Positions 37,074 to 50,446 of a stretch of 64,000 nucleotides of DNA are shown piece by piece. A program made the translations under genes and the position numbers. Origin of the DNA: Phoronis australis (Eukaryota > Animalia > Phoronida); NCBI GenBank assembly GCA_002633005.1, contig NMRA01000020.1, positions 950,803 through 1,014,802 on the forward strand. The letters run 5' to 3'. The notes beneath the pieces were generated by a model. It was not told the origin of the DNA, did not search any database, and saw nothing but the letters and a program-made list of their open reading frames with translations. Each line of letters opens with the position of its first letter. Position 1 is the first letter of the stretch.

Positions 37074-39939
37074 TGCGCTGACATTAGCCAACTTGTAGAG
37101 CAATAATGAACAGCCCGTTCTTTCCAAGCCCTTAAACTGAAAGAATCTCCAATTTGACTCCGTCATCAATTTGAGGCAACTTTCATAATGGTAATTGGTC
37201 TAAATCAAAAGTTGCTTTTGTAATGGAAGGTGCGGTAAGTAATCTATTATTTATGTGGATTATTGGCTCTTATGGTGCTTTCCAATTGGGAGAACTTCGG
37301 TTTACTGAAACTTCGGAGAAACTTCGGTTACCTTTCTGAATGTACGAGGACATCGAAGTTATCACTAGATGGCGATTCAGTCATCCAAGTAGACACCAAG
37401 TGGCACAGTTCATGCGTACACTCAAACAAATATTGGATAATGGGTTCCAGGCTAACTTAAAAATTGTTCTCCTGCCATTTACGAGTGTTTAATAAAATGA
37501 TTGTCATTCTTCATCAGATATACTTTCTTTTATTTATTTACATGCATCTATTGAGAGCACGTCGGCTAAGCAACAATAACAAAGAACACGTTTTGCGAGT
37601 CTCGCGTGATTGTATATAGTACAATTTTAGCGAAGTTTCAGTTGCAGTTTAATTACGGGAGCTAACCTTTCCCACTAACTGGAACTTCGGTAAAAGCGAA
37701 GTTTCACCTCTAATGGGAAAGCACCTTTACATGGTGTTGGCAAAAAATTGCAAGCCATTGAAAATCTACAATTTTCTGAAACAGGGATTCTGCTAACTGC
37801 TGGTATTGCTTGAAAGTTACCATTTCTTGAGAAAATCAATTGAAAGTGTTGCAGAAATATACTCCCTGACTTCAAACATTCCCCGTAGAGAAGAAACTGA
37901 TTTAAAAGAGCCTCATCTGGCAAGCAGCAAGTAAGTTACCATAGGTATTAATTGTTAATCCTCGAGTGAACCAGGTACCATGTTATTCCAATCAGTTGTT
38001 GCAGCTCACGACTTATCTCTTAAGAGCCTTATTAACACTAATTGATGAAGCAAACGACTTCCAGGGCACTAGTGGGTCTGACTGAGGTTAAGCTATTTTC
38101 ATGAACATCTGATCACTTTGTGTAAATTCACCAGCCACAATATTTACCCATCCATCAAGTTGGCATTTTGATACAAAAAACAAAGGTGTGTCAAAACTAC
38201 CTATCTGATAATTAGCACATAGTTGAGGTGTGCGCCCATCGCATGGCTCTCTCAAGTAGCTGAAGCAGCGTCAGTTTTACCCCGTTCACATGCTAGTTAA
38301 AAGCTAACATTTTTTAGCCTTCTGTTAGCAGTAAACCTCAGCCATGTGAACTGTTGGAGTGATGTGCTGTGCAGATACTGCCTAAAACACTGGCAAACAT
38401 TGTCCAGTAATGTGAACCATTGCAAGGGTCAGTTTTGCTAGAGCCTTGCTGGCCCAAGAGTTACTCAGCCAAACCTGCAGGCCTTTTCACCAGCACTTTG
38501 TTAAGCCAGGCCATGTCAACTATAAAGGTATTACGGACAATAGGGAACCTTTGTTTGTCAATGCATTAATGAGTAGTTGTAGAGTTCTAATTTACTAAAA
38601 CTATTGCAACAACAGTCAAATTTTTCAAGCAATAGTCACTGTATTGTTATACTCTGATCGCAAATCACCAAACAAACCAGATCACCGGCCATGTTAACGA
38701 TGTTTTGGTTTTCTACCTGCAACTCCAGCAGGCCAGTCCAAAAATAATTTATATTTTCATTAAAGCATTCATTAATATACAAAAACAATCAATTGTTTGT
38801 GTTGGTAACAGTTGGAAGTGTTTCACTGAAGAGTGTTAAGGGAAGATGCACTGCTGGCAATATAAACCCAGGTTGAGCTATGTATAGGTGTGGTTATGAG
38901 AGCTACAAATTACATGTACATGTATAGGACACATTCTTGTGGGGTGTTCTAGGGTTGTTAGGTAAATAAAGCAAGTAGCCCATCCATAACAATTCTCAGT
39001 AACTACTGTGTGTAGGTGATCCAAGTTTGTCCAACCTTAAGATGACAGAAAACCTGAAAGGGAGAAACAAGATCATGGGGTCAAACATAAGAGCAAACAG
39101 GATTAAGAAGTTCCATGTTAGCTAATCAAACAATGTGTAGGACTGGGGGTGGGTGTTTAGTTTAAGATCAACATGGAAAGTTGATCTGCTTGTGGGAGAC
39201 CACCACTACACCTGCCAACTTAACCTGAATGAGGTGTCTACATCAGACATTTATTTGAATCTGGAGTAGTATAACCATAAGTATTAATTCCGGTTAATGC
39301 AGGTGGAATGCGTTGATAAACAATGCTTTTTAAACACATGACAGAGAACTTGAAGGAACAGAGGTGTACACAAATGGTTCTCCACAACCTGTGTTATTGT
39401 GTTGTTGCCACCTCAGGGTTTGCCGGCACTTGTGAAACATTTTAACTGTCCACAACCCGTTTGAACCATTAGCAGCCAGTTTGGAAACAAGGCATCGCCA
39501 TTGCTAAAGCTATTTTTACTGGTGAAAAACAAAAATCAAAGTCCTGTGACTATCACAAAACCAGTGTCACAACATTCCCTACTGCGACACCATTACATTT
39601 CCACCTTTAGCAACACAAGTTGCAGTCAATGTGTAAGCAAGTCATTTTTTAATTCACAATTTTTGAGTTGGCCATTCCCGATAAACTCCGAAGTGTTTTC
39701 TTGACTCGCTGATGGTTTCAATATTTTTGTTGGTAAGGGAAACAAAATCCTATCACGATAAGGAATCTTATAAGACAAAATTCATGAGAGAAAAAAATTT
39801 AATTCAATTTTCATTTTTAGCAAGTTGAATATGGCGAAATGCGTCTGTAACAATTCTTAGCTATTTTAAATTAGTCTCAGTAACAGCTTGGCCAATTCAA
39901 TTACACTGGATAACAAGGCAGGTTACAGGCATGCTCTAA

Positions 39940-40473
39940 AGGCCTTTTCATACTGATTTAAGTCCGCTCTGAGCGCAGCGCCGACGTAAACTGCGAAGTT
40001 TAACTGTTCATACTGGCTTCAGTAGTTAACGGACGTTGAAGTAAATGGTAGGTGACGCTGTTGCCATCGAAGTACCGTAAACGCAATGTCGCACTGCACG
40101 TTAAGGTTTTCTAAATGTGACAATTTGGGAACATTTACATGAGCTAATTGACATAAAATTTAGTTTTAATTCGATTGGTAATTATTCAAGCAAAATATAA
40201 TAAAATTAAATTTTAATTCGATTAGTAATTATTCAAGCAAAATATAATAAATATCAGCGACTACACTACCCTTTAATTGTTGCACCTGGTGATAACTTCG
40301 ATGGAACTGAACCGAAGTTGACCGTTCATATGTCCGCTATTAAATCCACCTCTTTAGTGCGAAGTTAACTGGCGCTGTTAACTTCGATCCAGGACCGAAG
40401 TTAAGCGTTCATACTGACCGCAAGTCCGCAACTCCCTAAAATATCGACGCGTCGATGTTAGAATGAAAGGCCC
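39940..40473 (+). mobile_element. PIF/Harbinger-like MITE, family B copy 1
   Basis: Termini AGGCCTTTTCATACTGA ... TTAGAATGAAAGGCCC. Homologous along its length to 42378-42877 (inverted) and 48405-48910. Confidence 0.75.
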
Positions 40474-42377
40474 ACAAGACTTACCACATTGAAACTGCAA
40501 GTTAATCTGCTCTGCATAGAATGTCAATCAGGGCGTGCTTCTGAAATTTTCAGGTGTTTGTGTGCTTTTTATAGGTTTGTTGGTGTTAGCGCACTTCTGA
40601 CACACATTTCGGTTTTCAATTGAGGAGTACGACATTTAGCTACTACTCTCAAGTCTCAACTCGCCAAAATTTTTTGACAGTTCCAATGTGTTATGTAAGT
40701 ACATACTGTTTTGAACTTTCCAGGCATACTTAAACCCCCTAAAGTAATTTATATTTTTTCTTGTTGAAATGTGATAATAAGGACCAGTGTGTGATCAAAT
40801 GGCTACATTATGCCTATGGATTACCACAATTTCATATCACTGGCAAATTACATTACATTCAATTCATAATGCAATTCTCTCACTTGGAATAGGTGGTAAT
40901 GGTCTTTACTTGACACTGAGTAAAGGTCAATAGATCTGATAACCTCACTGATGCCAATTATCAATGATTCATTTTAAATATATATCAAAGCCAGTGGAGC
41001 AACGATTTCACCAGTACTCAACAGGATTCTGTGACTTACAATCATCTTCATATTTCGGAAATTCAGTAGATGTCCTTGCATGATTTTTCACTGGTTATTT
41101 CATGGAAATATCCTTCGAGATTTGAAAGCATTATCGAGTTCACTAGTGATGTGGCCTTGAATTGTTGCCGAATTAGCCCACAAGTGATTGGCACATGCAA
41201 TACACACATACCTATGTCATTTTCTAATTCGCAATGTTGGGGTAAGCCAACCCTAATAAACCCTGAAGTGTTTTCTTGAGTTTCTAAGGATAATGATGTT
41301 GGAAACAGTTCTACCACAATAAGGAATCTTACGAGACTGATTTCATGGTCCTGCTTAGTTAACTTAACGAGTGACACAGTAGGAGTCGAGCATAAAAATC
41401 AGCATAAAAATCTACACACACTTCTAGGTTGATGGCTACACCCACATACACACGCTACAAAAATCACATAATCAGGTGAATTTTACAGATGTTTCAGCAT
41501 ACAAGCAGATGCCCTAGCCAAAAATCACAGAACGAAAGTAAACAACACTAATTCCAGAGCATACAATCTATGTCTCGCATGCTCACCGGGACTTTTCTCC
41601 TTCTGGGCATGCGCAAATTAAAGGACTCTAGTTCCCCAGACACTGCTGTCAACTTTAAGCACCCATGTGCTGTTGTCATAACATTCACTCCTGATTTTTG
41701 GGGTTCTTAGTTTAAGTGTCCCTGGGTGTACCTACCCAGCCATGGTAAAAAGGCTGTCTGCACACCTTGATTTTTAAAGTCCATTGATTGGTTCAACTGA
41801 GATTCACGATCACTTCAGTAATTCCTCTATTACTATCAGAGCATACAAAATGGTGTGAAGTTTTGTTTCTATGGGCAAGCAGTGTACAAAGACCATTTAA
41901 TTTGTAAATTACAGCCAATTTGTGTTGTTATAAAATTGCACGTCTTTACTAAAAATTAGAACTTGAAATTCAAATTTTCCCATGGTGAATATTAAAGTAC
42001 TGCTCAGGAAATCCTCCAGTTTGCAAGATTACCACCGAATGTGTTCTAAACCTCAAAGCGTTCATCCCCAGTGTTGGAGAAATGCAGTTGGCAGACATCA
42101 GATCAGACATCCAGGATTTGATTGACAGGTGAAAGCAAACTGCAGATGCTGGTTAGTTAAATCATCATCACACTCTTCCTGTCCATCAGAAGCCTGTCCA
42201 CTCAGTACATACCTCTCTGTTCTGTGACTTATACAGCAGTACCACACTACTAATTAAAACCTACCAAATGGCATTCTCTAAATATATGTAACTATATCCA
42301 TTTCAAAGAGTGCAACATGTATTACTGGAACTCTCACCCACTACTATACAAGTAATACAAAAAATTTTCCTGCTAAA

Positions 42378-42877
42378 TGACTCTTTCATAATAACGTCGA
42401 CGTTTTGGGGAGTTGCAGTCAGTATGAACGGTTAACTTCAGTCCTGAAGCAAAGTTAACAGAGCAGTTAACTTCGAAGTAAACAGGTGAATTTAACAGTG
42501 AAACGTTGATGCTGCTGTGGAGTATGAAAGGTCAATTTCAGTCTCATCGAAGGTATCGCCAGGGTCCTCTGTTATCGTCAACAATTAATGGGTAGTGTCC
42601 TCGCTAATAGTTGCTTATATTTTGCTCAAATAATCACCAATCAGATTGGAAATAAGTTTTGTATCAATTAGCACACATAAATGGTCTCGAACTGTGACAT
42701 TAAAAAAATCTTAGCGTGCACGGGATGCATCACTGCTACCCTGCAATTACTTCGATGATGACAGCCTCACCTACCGTTTACTTCGATGCTGTAAACTACC
42801 AAAGCTAGTATGAATGATTAAATTAACTTTGCAGTTTATGTAGATGCTAGTGGAGTTAAGTTAGTATGAAAGGGCCT
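42378..42877 (-). mobile_element. Family B MITE copy 2 (inverted)
   Basis: Ends TTAGTATGAAAGGGCCT; reverse-complement homology to 39940-40473. Confidence 0.7.
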
Positions 42878-45800
42878 AAAGATGACCTCCAACAACAGTT
42901 TTATAGACTTTTTAAGATTGCCTACCCCAGTACACCTTTTAAGTATGGTAAGGAGAATAGAGAAAATGACTTCTGTACAGTTGAGGTGTCATCGACTCCT
43001 TACAAAATCATGAGAATCACCCGGGTACCTGTATGTACTTTGCATTGGGTATTTTAAGGCTGTCTGAGTACACGAGTCAGGATGACCTTTCTTGGCTATG
43101 ACGATTACTTCTCAACTCATCAAATGGATGCCAAAAGCAAGATTCAAAAAATCCTAAAATGCACAGGTCATTAGAACACGCAATAATAGACTTAGTTTAG
43201 GCTAGGGCTCGTATTTAGCGCTTAATAAATATTAATTTCCATCAATTTGGCACTGCCACTAACATGATTTGATGCATTTCATATGGGCAGTTAGCTGGAA
43301 AGGATTATCTTGTCAGTCCAGTATCAGCTCTAGAGCGATATTACGATGAATCTATTGGTCTGTGAATGTTCGATTACCTAAAAGCATTTGACACTATAAA
43401 TCTTGTGATTAACGTAAACTATTAAGAGGATCTAAGTTATATAATTCAAAGCTTCACAGAAATGATATGAATTCACATTTTATAGGTAAGAGAAATGTAA
43501 TGATAAGACCTCACCAATAACGGACAAAAATAATTAGCACTAGTTAAACCAATTTTCCCCTTTCAAATGCTTTTTACAATGAAGTGAACGTCCAGAATTT
43601 CTCAAAACATTGTCAGGTGGTCAGGTTTTGTTATAGAACTTATGAATGATTTAGTACTTATTTGGTACTCAAAAATTAAAGTTTCACTTGTCCACCATAT
43701 TGTGCTCTAAATTGGTGAGACTTTAATATAGCACATGTATCAGAAATAACCTCAGTTTTGTCAGCTACACGGAATTTCTGAAATGAGACCAAAACTATGA
43801 TGTGACCCACAATGATATGAAATTTCCCCATCTTTACAGAAAGGAGTTCTAAGGCTTCTTCTAATGGGAAGGAGTGTTTATGGCATTTCAAGCTTGAATC
43901 AGGATTAGGACAGGACTTCTGCATGAGATGATACACCAATAAACATTCTAAAGAAATCAAAGGAACAACTAGTTGTCCTAACAAAGCACCCACAAAAAGG
44001 AAATGATGAGTGATGTAGGGATAATAGCAAATAACAGGTGCTGAAAAATCTTCTATGGCCCGTTCTTTATTAAACAGAATGACACAAATGAACAAAATTT
44101 GAGGATAAAATAAAAAATACCGCGGTATGTGAAAATATTACAACAGATGTGTTGTCCGAGAACAAAGGCCTGGATTTTCAAACAAAAATCACAAGTCTGA
44201 AAACATAATTTCTTTCAAAACAAAACTGCTGAAGAATGGACAACTAACAGAAAACCAGGCCTGCGACAGAAACTTTGAGGAACTGATAACAATAAAACCA
44301 CTCCCTGTACAACCTACAGAGGGTTCTGTGCTTCAGGTGCAATATTTCTGTTTAAGAGGCAGGGCTGTCAGTTCTTTGTATCATCATTGGCTCTCAGTAC
44401 CAACTCATAAAATAACATCTTTATCTAATGTAGGAATGTGTACATATCTAATAAATGTATGATTAGTTCTTAATCAACAAATAATATTTGTTGTAGAGGT
44501 TTAAAGGGAGCTCATTGTCCTTCTTAAATGTGCCCAGAAATATTTAGCCATGAAGTATGGGAGTAGCTGCTTTGAAGCTCTTGGATGAATAGTTACTAAC
44601 AGGTGAATGAGCATGAATCAGAGCACCTTGTGCAGTCTACACAAACAGTAAGGGAAGGTTAATAACACTTCAGTTGGGGCTTACATGCCTCCCCCCCCTC
44701 TGTTGTGGAGTTACCCAAGCCATTGCTACCATACAGTCAGGATACAAAATTACTTTGAATCCCAGCATACATGCCTCTGTCCACACCATGAATTACCCTA
44801 AATCAACCTACTCCTAAACAACAAGTTGTTGTAAGGTTTAGTAGTTCCATGCTGTTAGCAACAGCGCTGGGGGGAGACAAACCAGTTTTTTGTCCAGGAT
44901 ATCTGTGCATGCAACATGAGTAAGAAAATAAACACTAGTCTTGGTTACATAGTAAATGACAGGATGCTGACTATGTGAATACAACATTTTTGTGGGCCCT
45001 TGTACACACAGAGCAGAGCTCTCTGGGTTGTAAACTGAACTGGAACATTACCAAATAGTTAACAAAGAATGTCTACAACAGTTGGGTGAGGAGTACTAAC
45101 AAGTGTATTTTATTTTCAAGTTCTTTGTAGTGTAACAGTTTTCTGAAACTACAGTGCTCTGATACAGCAAAAACATTGAGGGGAATCAGTTGGGCACTGT
45201 GTATTTGTGCCAAGTTGTCAAAGGCAGCACACAAAGTAGATAAAGATCTTCTAAACTGTCAAAAACGCCTGGCACAACTTTCTTTTCACTCTCAATCAGT
45301 TAATCACGTACCCTTTGTCCAACAAAAAGAATTGAGAACATAAATTGAAGCGTGAAAGCATTATTGGTGAAAAATTCTCAGATTTTGACTGTTGATTTCT
45401 TTGTGGTGCTTTATTGTATAAACCTGTCATACCTAGAGGTTACCTGGTGAGTGGTGAGTGGTGACACTACCTGTGTGGCATGAATCCTTGGTCACATGCT
45501 GAGGTATAAACATGTGAGACAGCTGCCGACAGCAACAAAACATTTCAGCAAAATCCCTTGCTTACTAGTAAGCCGTTAATGAATGTTAGAACGCTCCATG
45601 AACGTTACAGTAAAGTGTCACCAACTGGGGACACGATATGGCGGACAGGTGACATTTTATTTTCACATTTCTTCATAAATGACAGACATATAAAAATGAA
45701 GCATTGCTAAGTTCTGTACCATAGCTACCAACAGACAGTATTTTGAACAATTCTGAACATTCACAACTTTGGCAATTATTTTTGTTCGAAATTGGTGAAA

Positions 45801-48404
45801 TTTTACCTGGCTGTCTGGATAGTAAGTAAAATGTTCGTAAAGGATGCAACAGATTTTGAGCTGTATCACCACGGCCAAGTTGCCCCTTTTCAGTTTACCA
45901 ACCACACATTTTACCTGCCGCAAGCGCCAACGCTCTAGTGGTCATATGCTCATAAACCCTGTAGACAAATGCCAGACATGAACTTCACAAGTACTATTAC
46001 AACTTGTAACTTACAAGTGCAAATAATTGCTTCTTCAACAGACCAGTTGCATTGGACCAGGTTCATCCAGTGCATAAGTAAAGTTGAACTCATTGTCCAG
46101 GTAGGCCTATGGGGGCATGGACATTTTGTTCCTGGGGCAACTGCCCATCTGAACACAGCTTAAGACAATATGTTTTTATCAAGAACCATTTGGTTTGCCA
46201 TCAGTCACTAAAGTTATGGCACAAAATGAATCCACAGTGACCATGACGTCTGGAGATGACTCACATGGATGATATGATCTAAAAAAGTAGGTCTGAAAAA
46301 TAAAACCTCACACACCCACAGAGCTAGTGGTCATTCATTTCCAGACTTTATCTGATCTTGGAGCCATGTGATTATCCAGCAACAACATTCGCAAGATGCT
46401 AAAGTTGGCCTGTTACCAATTTGGCCACAGTTTACATTGTGACAGTACTGGTTCACCATGCCAAACATTGACTGGAACCATCATTTACCCATCACCCCTG
46501 GGAGGTCTGGTATTCAGGGTGCTCAATCATTTAGCAACAATGAATGCATAAACAAACATGGAGGTCTTGGTGTCTATAACCCAGGTTAAATAGCAAGAAA
46601 AACTTCTCAACACTGAACACTGCTATCTACCAATATACTGAAGGACCTTTTGGAGTTAGTAGGGTGTACTAATCTGAACCACATGAATTTTAGTCCCAAT
46701 GGGAAAGGTGATTTAGACCACTCTCAATTTAGTACCCAACTAAATTAAAGTACCCTTGAAAAGACTGGACTAATCAGCTGACCAAAGTTGGAGGATTACT
46801 AGGATTACTTTGTAAGCACAATGCCAAAGGTTTGGTCCCAATTACATTGCTTGACCAAGCTCAGTTCAAAGCCATTGCACCACAGGAGTTCAGGATTGAA
46901 AACACAAATAAAGAGACTTCAGTGTAAAAGGGCTGAGGATAACTGGTTGAAGACCTGAAATTCAGCAATGCAAATTGAGATTTTTGCCAACTTCTAGTAG
47001 TCAAATGGGTGTGAAGTGAATCGCATCATCCGAAAATGCATCAACAGCAATTTTCTCCTTTCAGTCAAATGGGAAAATAATGATGACGTAATATAGGAAA
47101 ACATCCCAATAGCATTTTTAGTCAGCAAGAAGATATGGGTGTAGCAACACAGAAAAATTTTTGGTCATCAAAGGTGTGTGTCTGTGTGACTGGGATTTGT
47201 GTGCACGAGATAAATTTCGAGCTGGGATTTTGGCCAGGTGTCATATTGATGACCGGCTAATTTTTATAATGTCAAGAGCTGTATAATTTAATCAGTATTA
47301 ACTCTCTCAAACTTTATTTTTACGTGTATCAATGCAAACTTCCTTGCTAAACAAGGAAGTTTTCTTTTGATTTTTTGAGGGTGTGTTCACAAATAATCTG
47401 ATTCTTAGGTTGACAAGACTGGCATCATGTTTAAAGGATGAAAAACATGATATATTCTGATATTCATGTATTGCGATTAGAAAAAAAATAAAAAGAATTA
47501 AGATTTCTTTATTCTGTCTTTAAAGTCGACAAGATCATATATATGCAGAGCTTCAAAAATTGGTATACCAAGTACTGAAATTTTCGCGAGGGTGAAAATA
47601 TTAATCTTTGGGTACAGGAAATTAATCTGGCATACAAAAGAATAAGGAAGAAGTGTTAAAAGGAAGTTGAAATTCAATATGGTTAATAGTACAATACATA
47701 TAACAACACTTTGTAAAACAGAACATTTGCAGTAGTCTTCATGACTTGTGAAAACTTTAAAAATTCTAGTCTTAATTATTTAATGGTTAACTGAAGTAGA
47801 CTTAACTTTGTGGCCGCACTTGATGATTTATCAGACTTTTAAAAAAAATGTTATACGCCCTTGAAAAATGAGAAAGTGGTAATTTTAGCAATTATTATTG
47901 TCCAAAATTTGTTATTTTACCAGTTATTCAACTAGATATTGATGGGCGTTGCCAGTAGATTAATCGTAACATTTTTGTTGCCCAACAAATACTATCGACC
48001 TCAGCTCCTAATTTCATGAAATTCTTCGCCTTTAATCAGATAAGTTCTTCACATATCTCCAAGCCACCATTTTTCTGTTTTACTATATAGCTGTAGCTGG
48101 TGTCGACTATACTAGGTACATTTTGCAATAAACGGGGGAATTTTCATAAGAGGTGCAGATAGCATGACCCTTCAGTTCAAAATCTTAAAAACAAAACTTC
48201 ACAAAGGTATCACATTTGCCCCCATGCAAGTTATTAGCATTATGTTAAAGCACAAAAGGGTAATATTCTGGCCAACCCCTACCTTCATGGGCTGTCAGCA
48301 CACAACCACAAAAAACATCAGTGGAATGTACACTTCTCACCATAAGAAGAGTGATCTGATGGCTCATTTGAGGTCCTATGATGCTTTGAGGTCCCATGAT
48401 TATG

Positions 48405-48910
48405 AGGCCTTTTCATACTGACTTAACTCCAGTCTAAGCAGAGCGCCGACGTTAACTACGAAGTTAACTGAACAGTCATACCAGCTTCGGGAATTAACGG
48501 ACATCGAAGTTAACGGTAGGTGATGCTGTAGTCATCGCAAGGTAGCGCTGATGCATCACATGCACGCTAGGACTTTCAGGATGTGATAGTTTGTGAACAC
48601 TTACATATGCAAATTCATATAAAACTTCTAATTTATTGGTGATTATTCGACCAAAATATAAGCAACTACGATCGACGACACTGCCCTTTAATTGTTGACG
48701 ATGACTGGCCCCTAGTGATACAATAACTTTGATGGGACCGAAGTTGACAATTCATACTGCAATGCAGAGTCGATGCTCCACTCTTAAATACACCTGTTTA
48801 CTGCGAAGTAAACTGGCACTGATAATTTCGATACAGGACCGAAGTTAACCATGTATACTGACCGTAACTCCTTAAAACATCGACGCATCGACATTAGTGT
48901 GAAAGGGCCT
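48405..48910 (+). mobile_element. Family B MITE copy 3
   Basis: AGGCCTTTTCATACTGA ... TTAGTGTGAAAGGGCCT. Confidence 0.78.
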
Positions 48911-50108
48911 ACAGAAAGTAAATCAAGACGTCAGACGATCCTTCATATGTGAATTATTTCAGGCATCTGACGATCGTTTGCGCCCTTGGTTTACCCAACA
49001 AAAACGAAAGTTTGCAGTGAACATTGGTAAGATCTGTTACCTAACATAGACAGGTTAGGTAGCAAATTTAGCACTCAATTATTATAACAATTGTGAGCTA
49101 TAATTGGTATGTCATTTTTGAAACCACTGACTTCAGTGACAGGAATTGGTTACAAGTTTGCATTCATAGTAGACGAGCATTCTCTGCATTTTTGTAATGC
49201 TGATGCCCAATGGTGGAATTCTAGGTTCTTTTACTGTTCAATGCTTGGTTCAGCCTGGGGCAGAAATACCAAACTGTATTTTCCATCCATTCCAATTTTC
49301 TTCAAAGAATCACCCAGGAAATTGTCTACCTATTGTTGGAACTGTGTTTGTTTAAGGCAAATGACTTACAGTGATAGGGATACCACCCATTACAGAATGA
49401 GAATAACTTGATGGGCGGGCACAAACATAAATTCAGTGGAAAAACAGCCATTTTGGCTGGATGTAAACCAGAGCATTGAACACATATTGAATAACATATG
49501 ATTGGTATTGATGGTATTGATTTCTAACACTGTATGATCAATTGATGTCAAACTACCATCAAAAGTCATAAAGTCCAACAAACCAGGGTCTGACCAAACA
49601 ATTTCTTTCAATTTCACCATGCTAAAAATCTCAACCTGTTACTCGTGCCTTTCTATGAGACATTAAACATTTTCAACAAAAATTCCTGTTTTAGTGGATT
49701 TACTGAGAACAAATGAGAGTCACGATTTCTTTATATTTTGTTCAAGACCAGCATCAGATGACACTGAAGAAAAGTGATAATAGCCCATTTTGCAATCCAC
49801 CAGCACAATATTTACACTGAGGACCACCATCACTGTGAACCACCATAGTGCAAGTACCGGCAGAATGTTCGCACAAGATTATAGACTGTACACTTTTACC
49901 CGGACCCCCTTCCATTCCCGAAGGCCTACAAAAATGACAATATTTGTATAACGTCTATAATACATGTTAAACTACAAGTGTGCTTCAAGCTTTGACGCCA
50001 GTGTTGGTTAGCGCACTGAGGAGTGGTATTAAAATGAAACATGGTATTTTCAAACAATTCTTCCAATACTTTGTTTTGCCTCAGGATGGATACTAGTGAC
50101 ATTTATGT

Positions 50109-50446
50109 CATAGGTTGTTTTGTCATGTTTATATGATGTGAAAAAGTAAAAAAATACATAGGTTGTTTCGTCATGTTTATTTGATGTGAAAAAGTAAAAA
50201 AATACATAGGTTGTTTTGTCATGTTTATTTGATGTGAAAAAGTAAAAAAAAATACATAGGTTGTTTCGTCATGTTTATATGATGTGAAAAAGTTAAAAAA
50301 TACATAGGCTGTTTCGTCATGTTTATATGATGTGAAAAAGTTAAAAAATACATAGGTTGTTTTGTCATGTTTATATGATGTGAAAAAGTTAAAAAATACA
50401 TAGGTTGTTTCGTCATGTTTATATGATGTGAAAAAGTAAAAAAAAA
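50109..50446. repeat. ~48-bp minisatellite, 7 copies
   Basis: Unit CATAGGTTGTTT(T/C)GTCATGTTTATATGATGTGAAAAAGT(A/T)AAAAAATA. Explains the repetitive ORFs at 50103-50471. Confidence 0.95.

Noticed and set aside
43676-44095. 139-aa ORF as a nested gene in DRAK intron 1
   Set aside because: No recognisable domain, no ATG start, and no supporting neighbouring exons.
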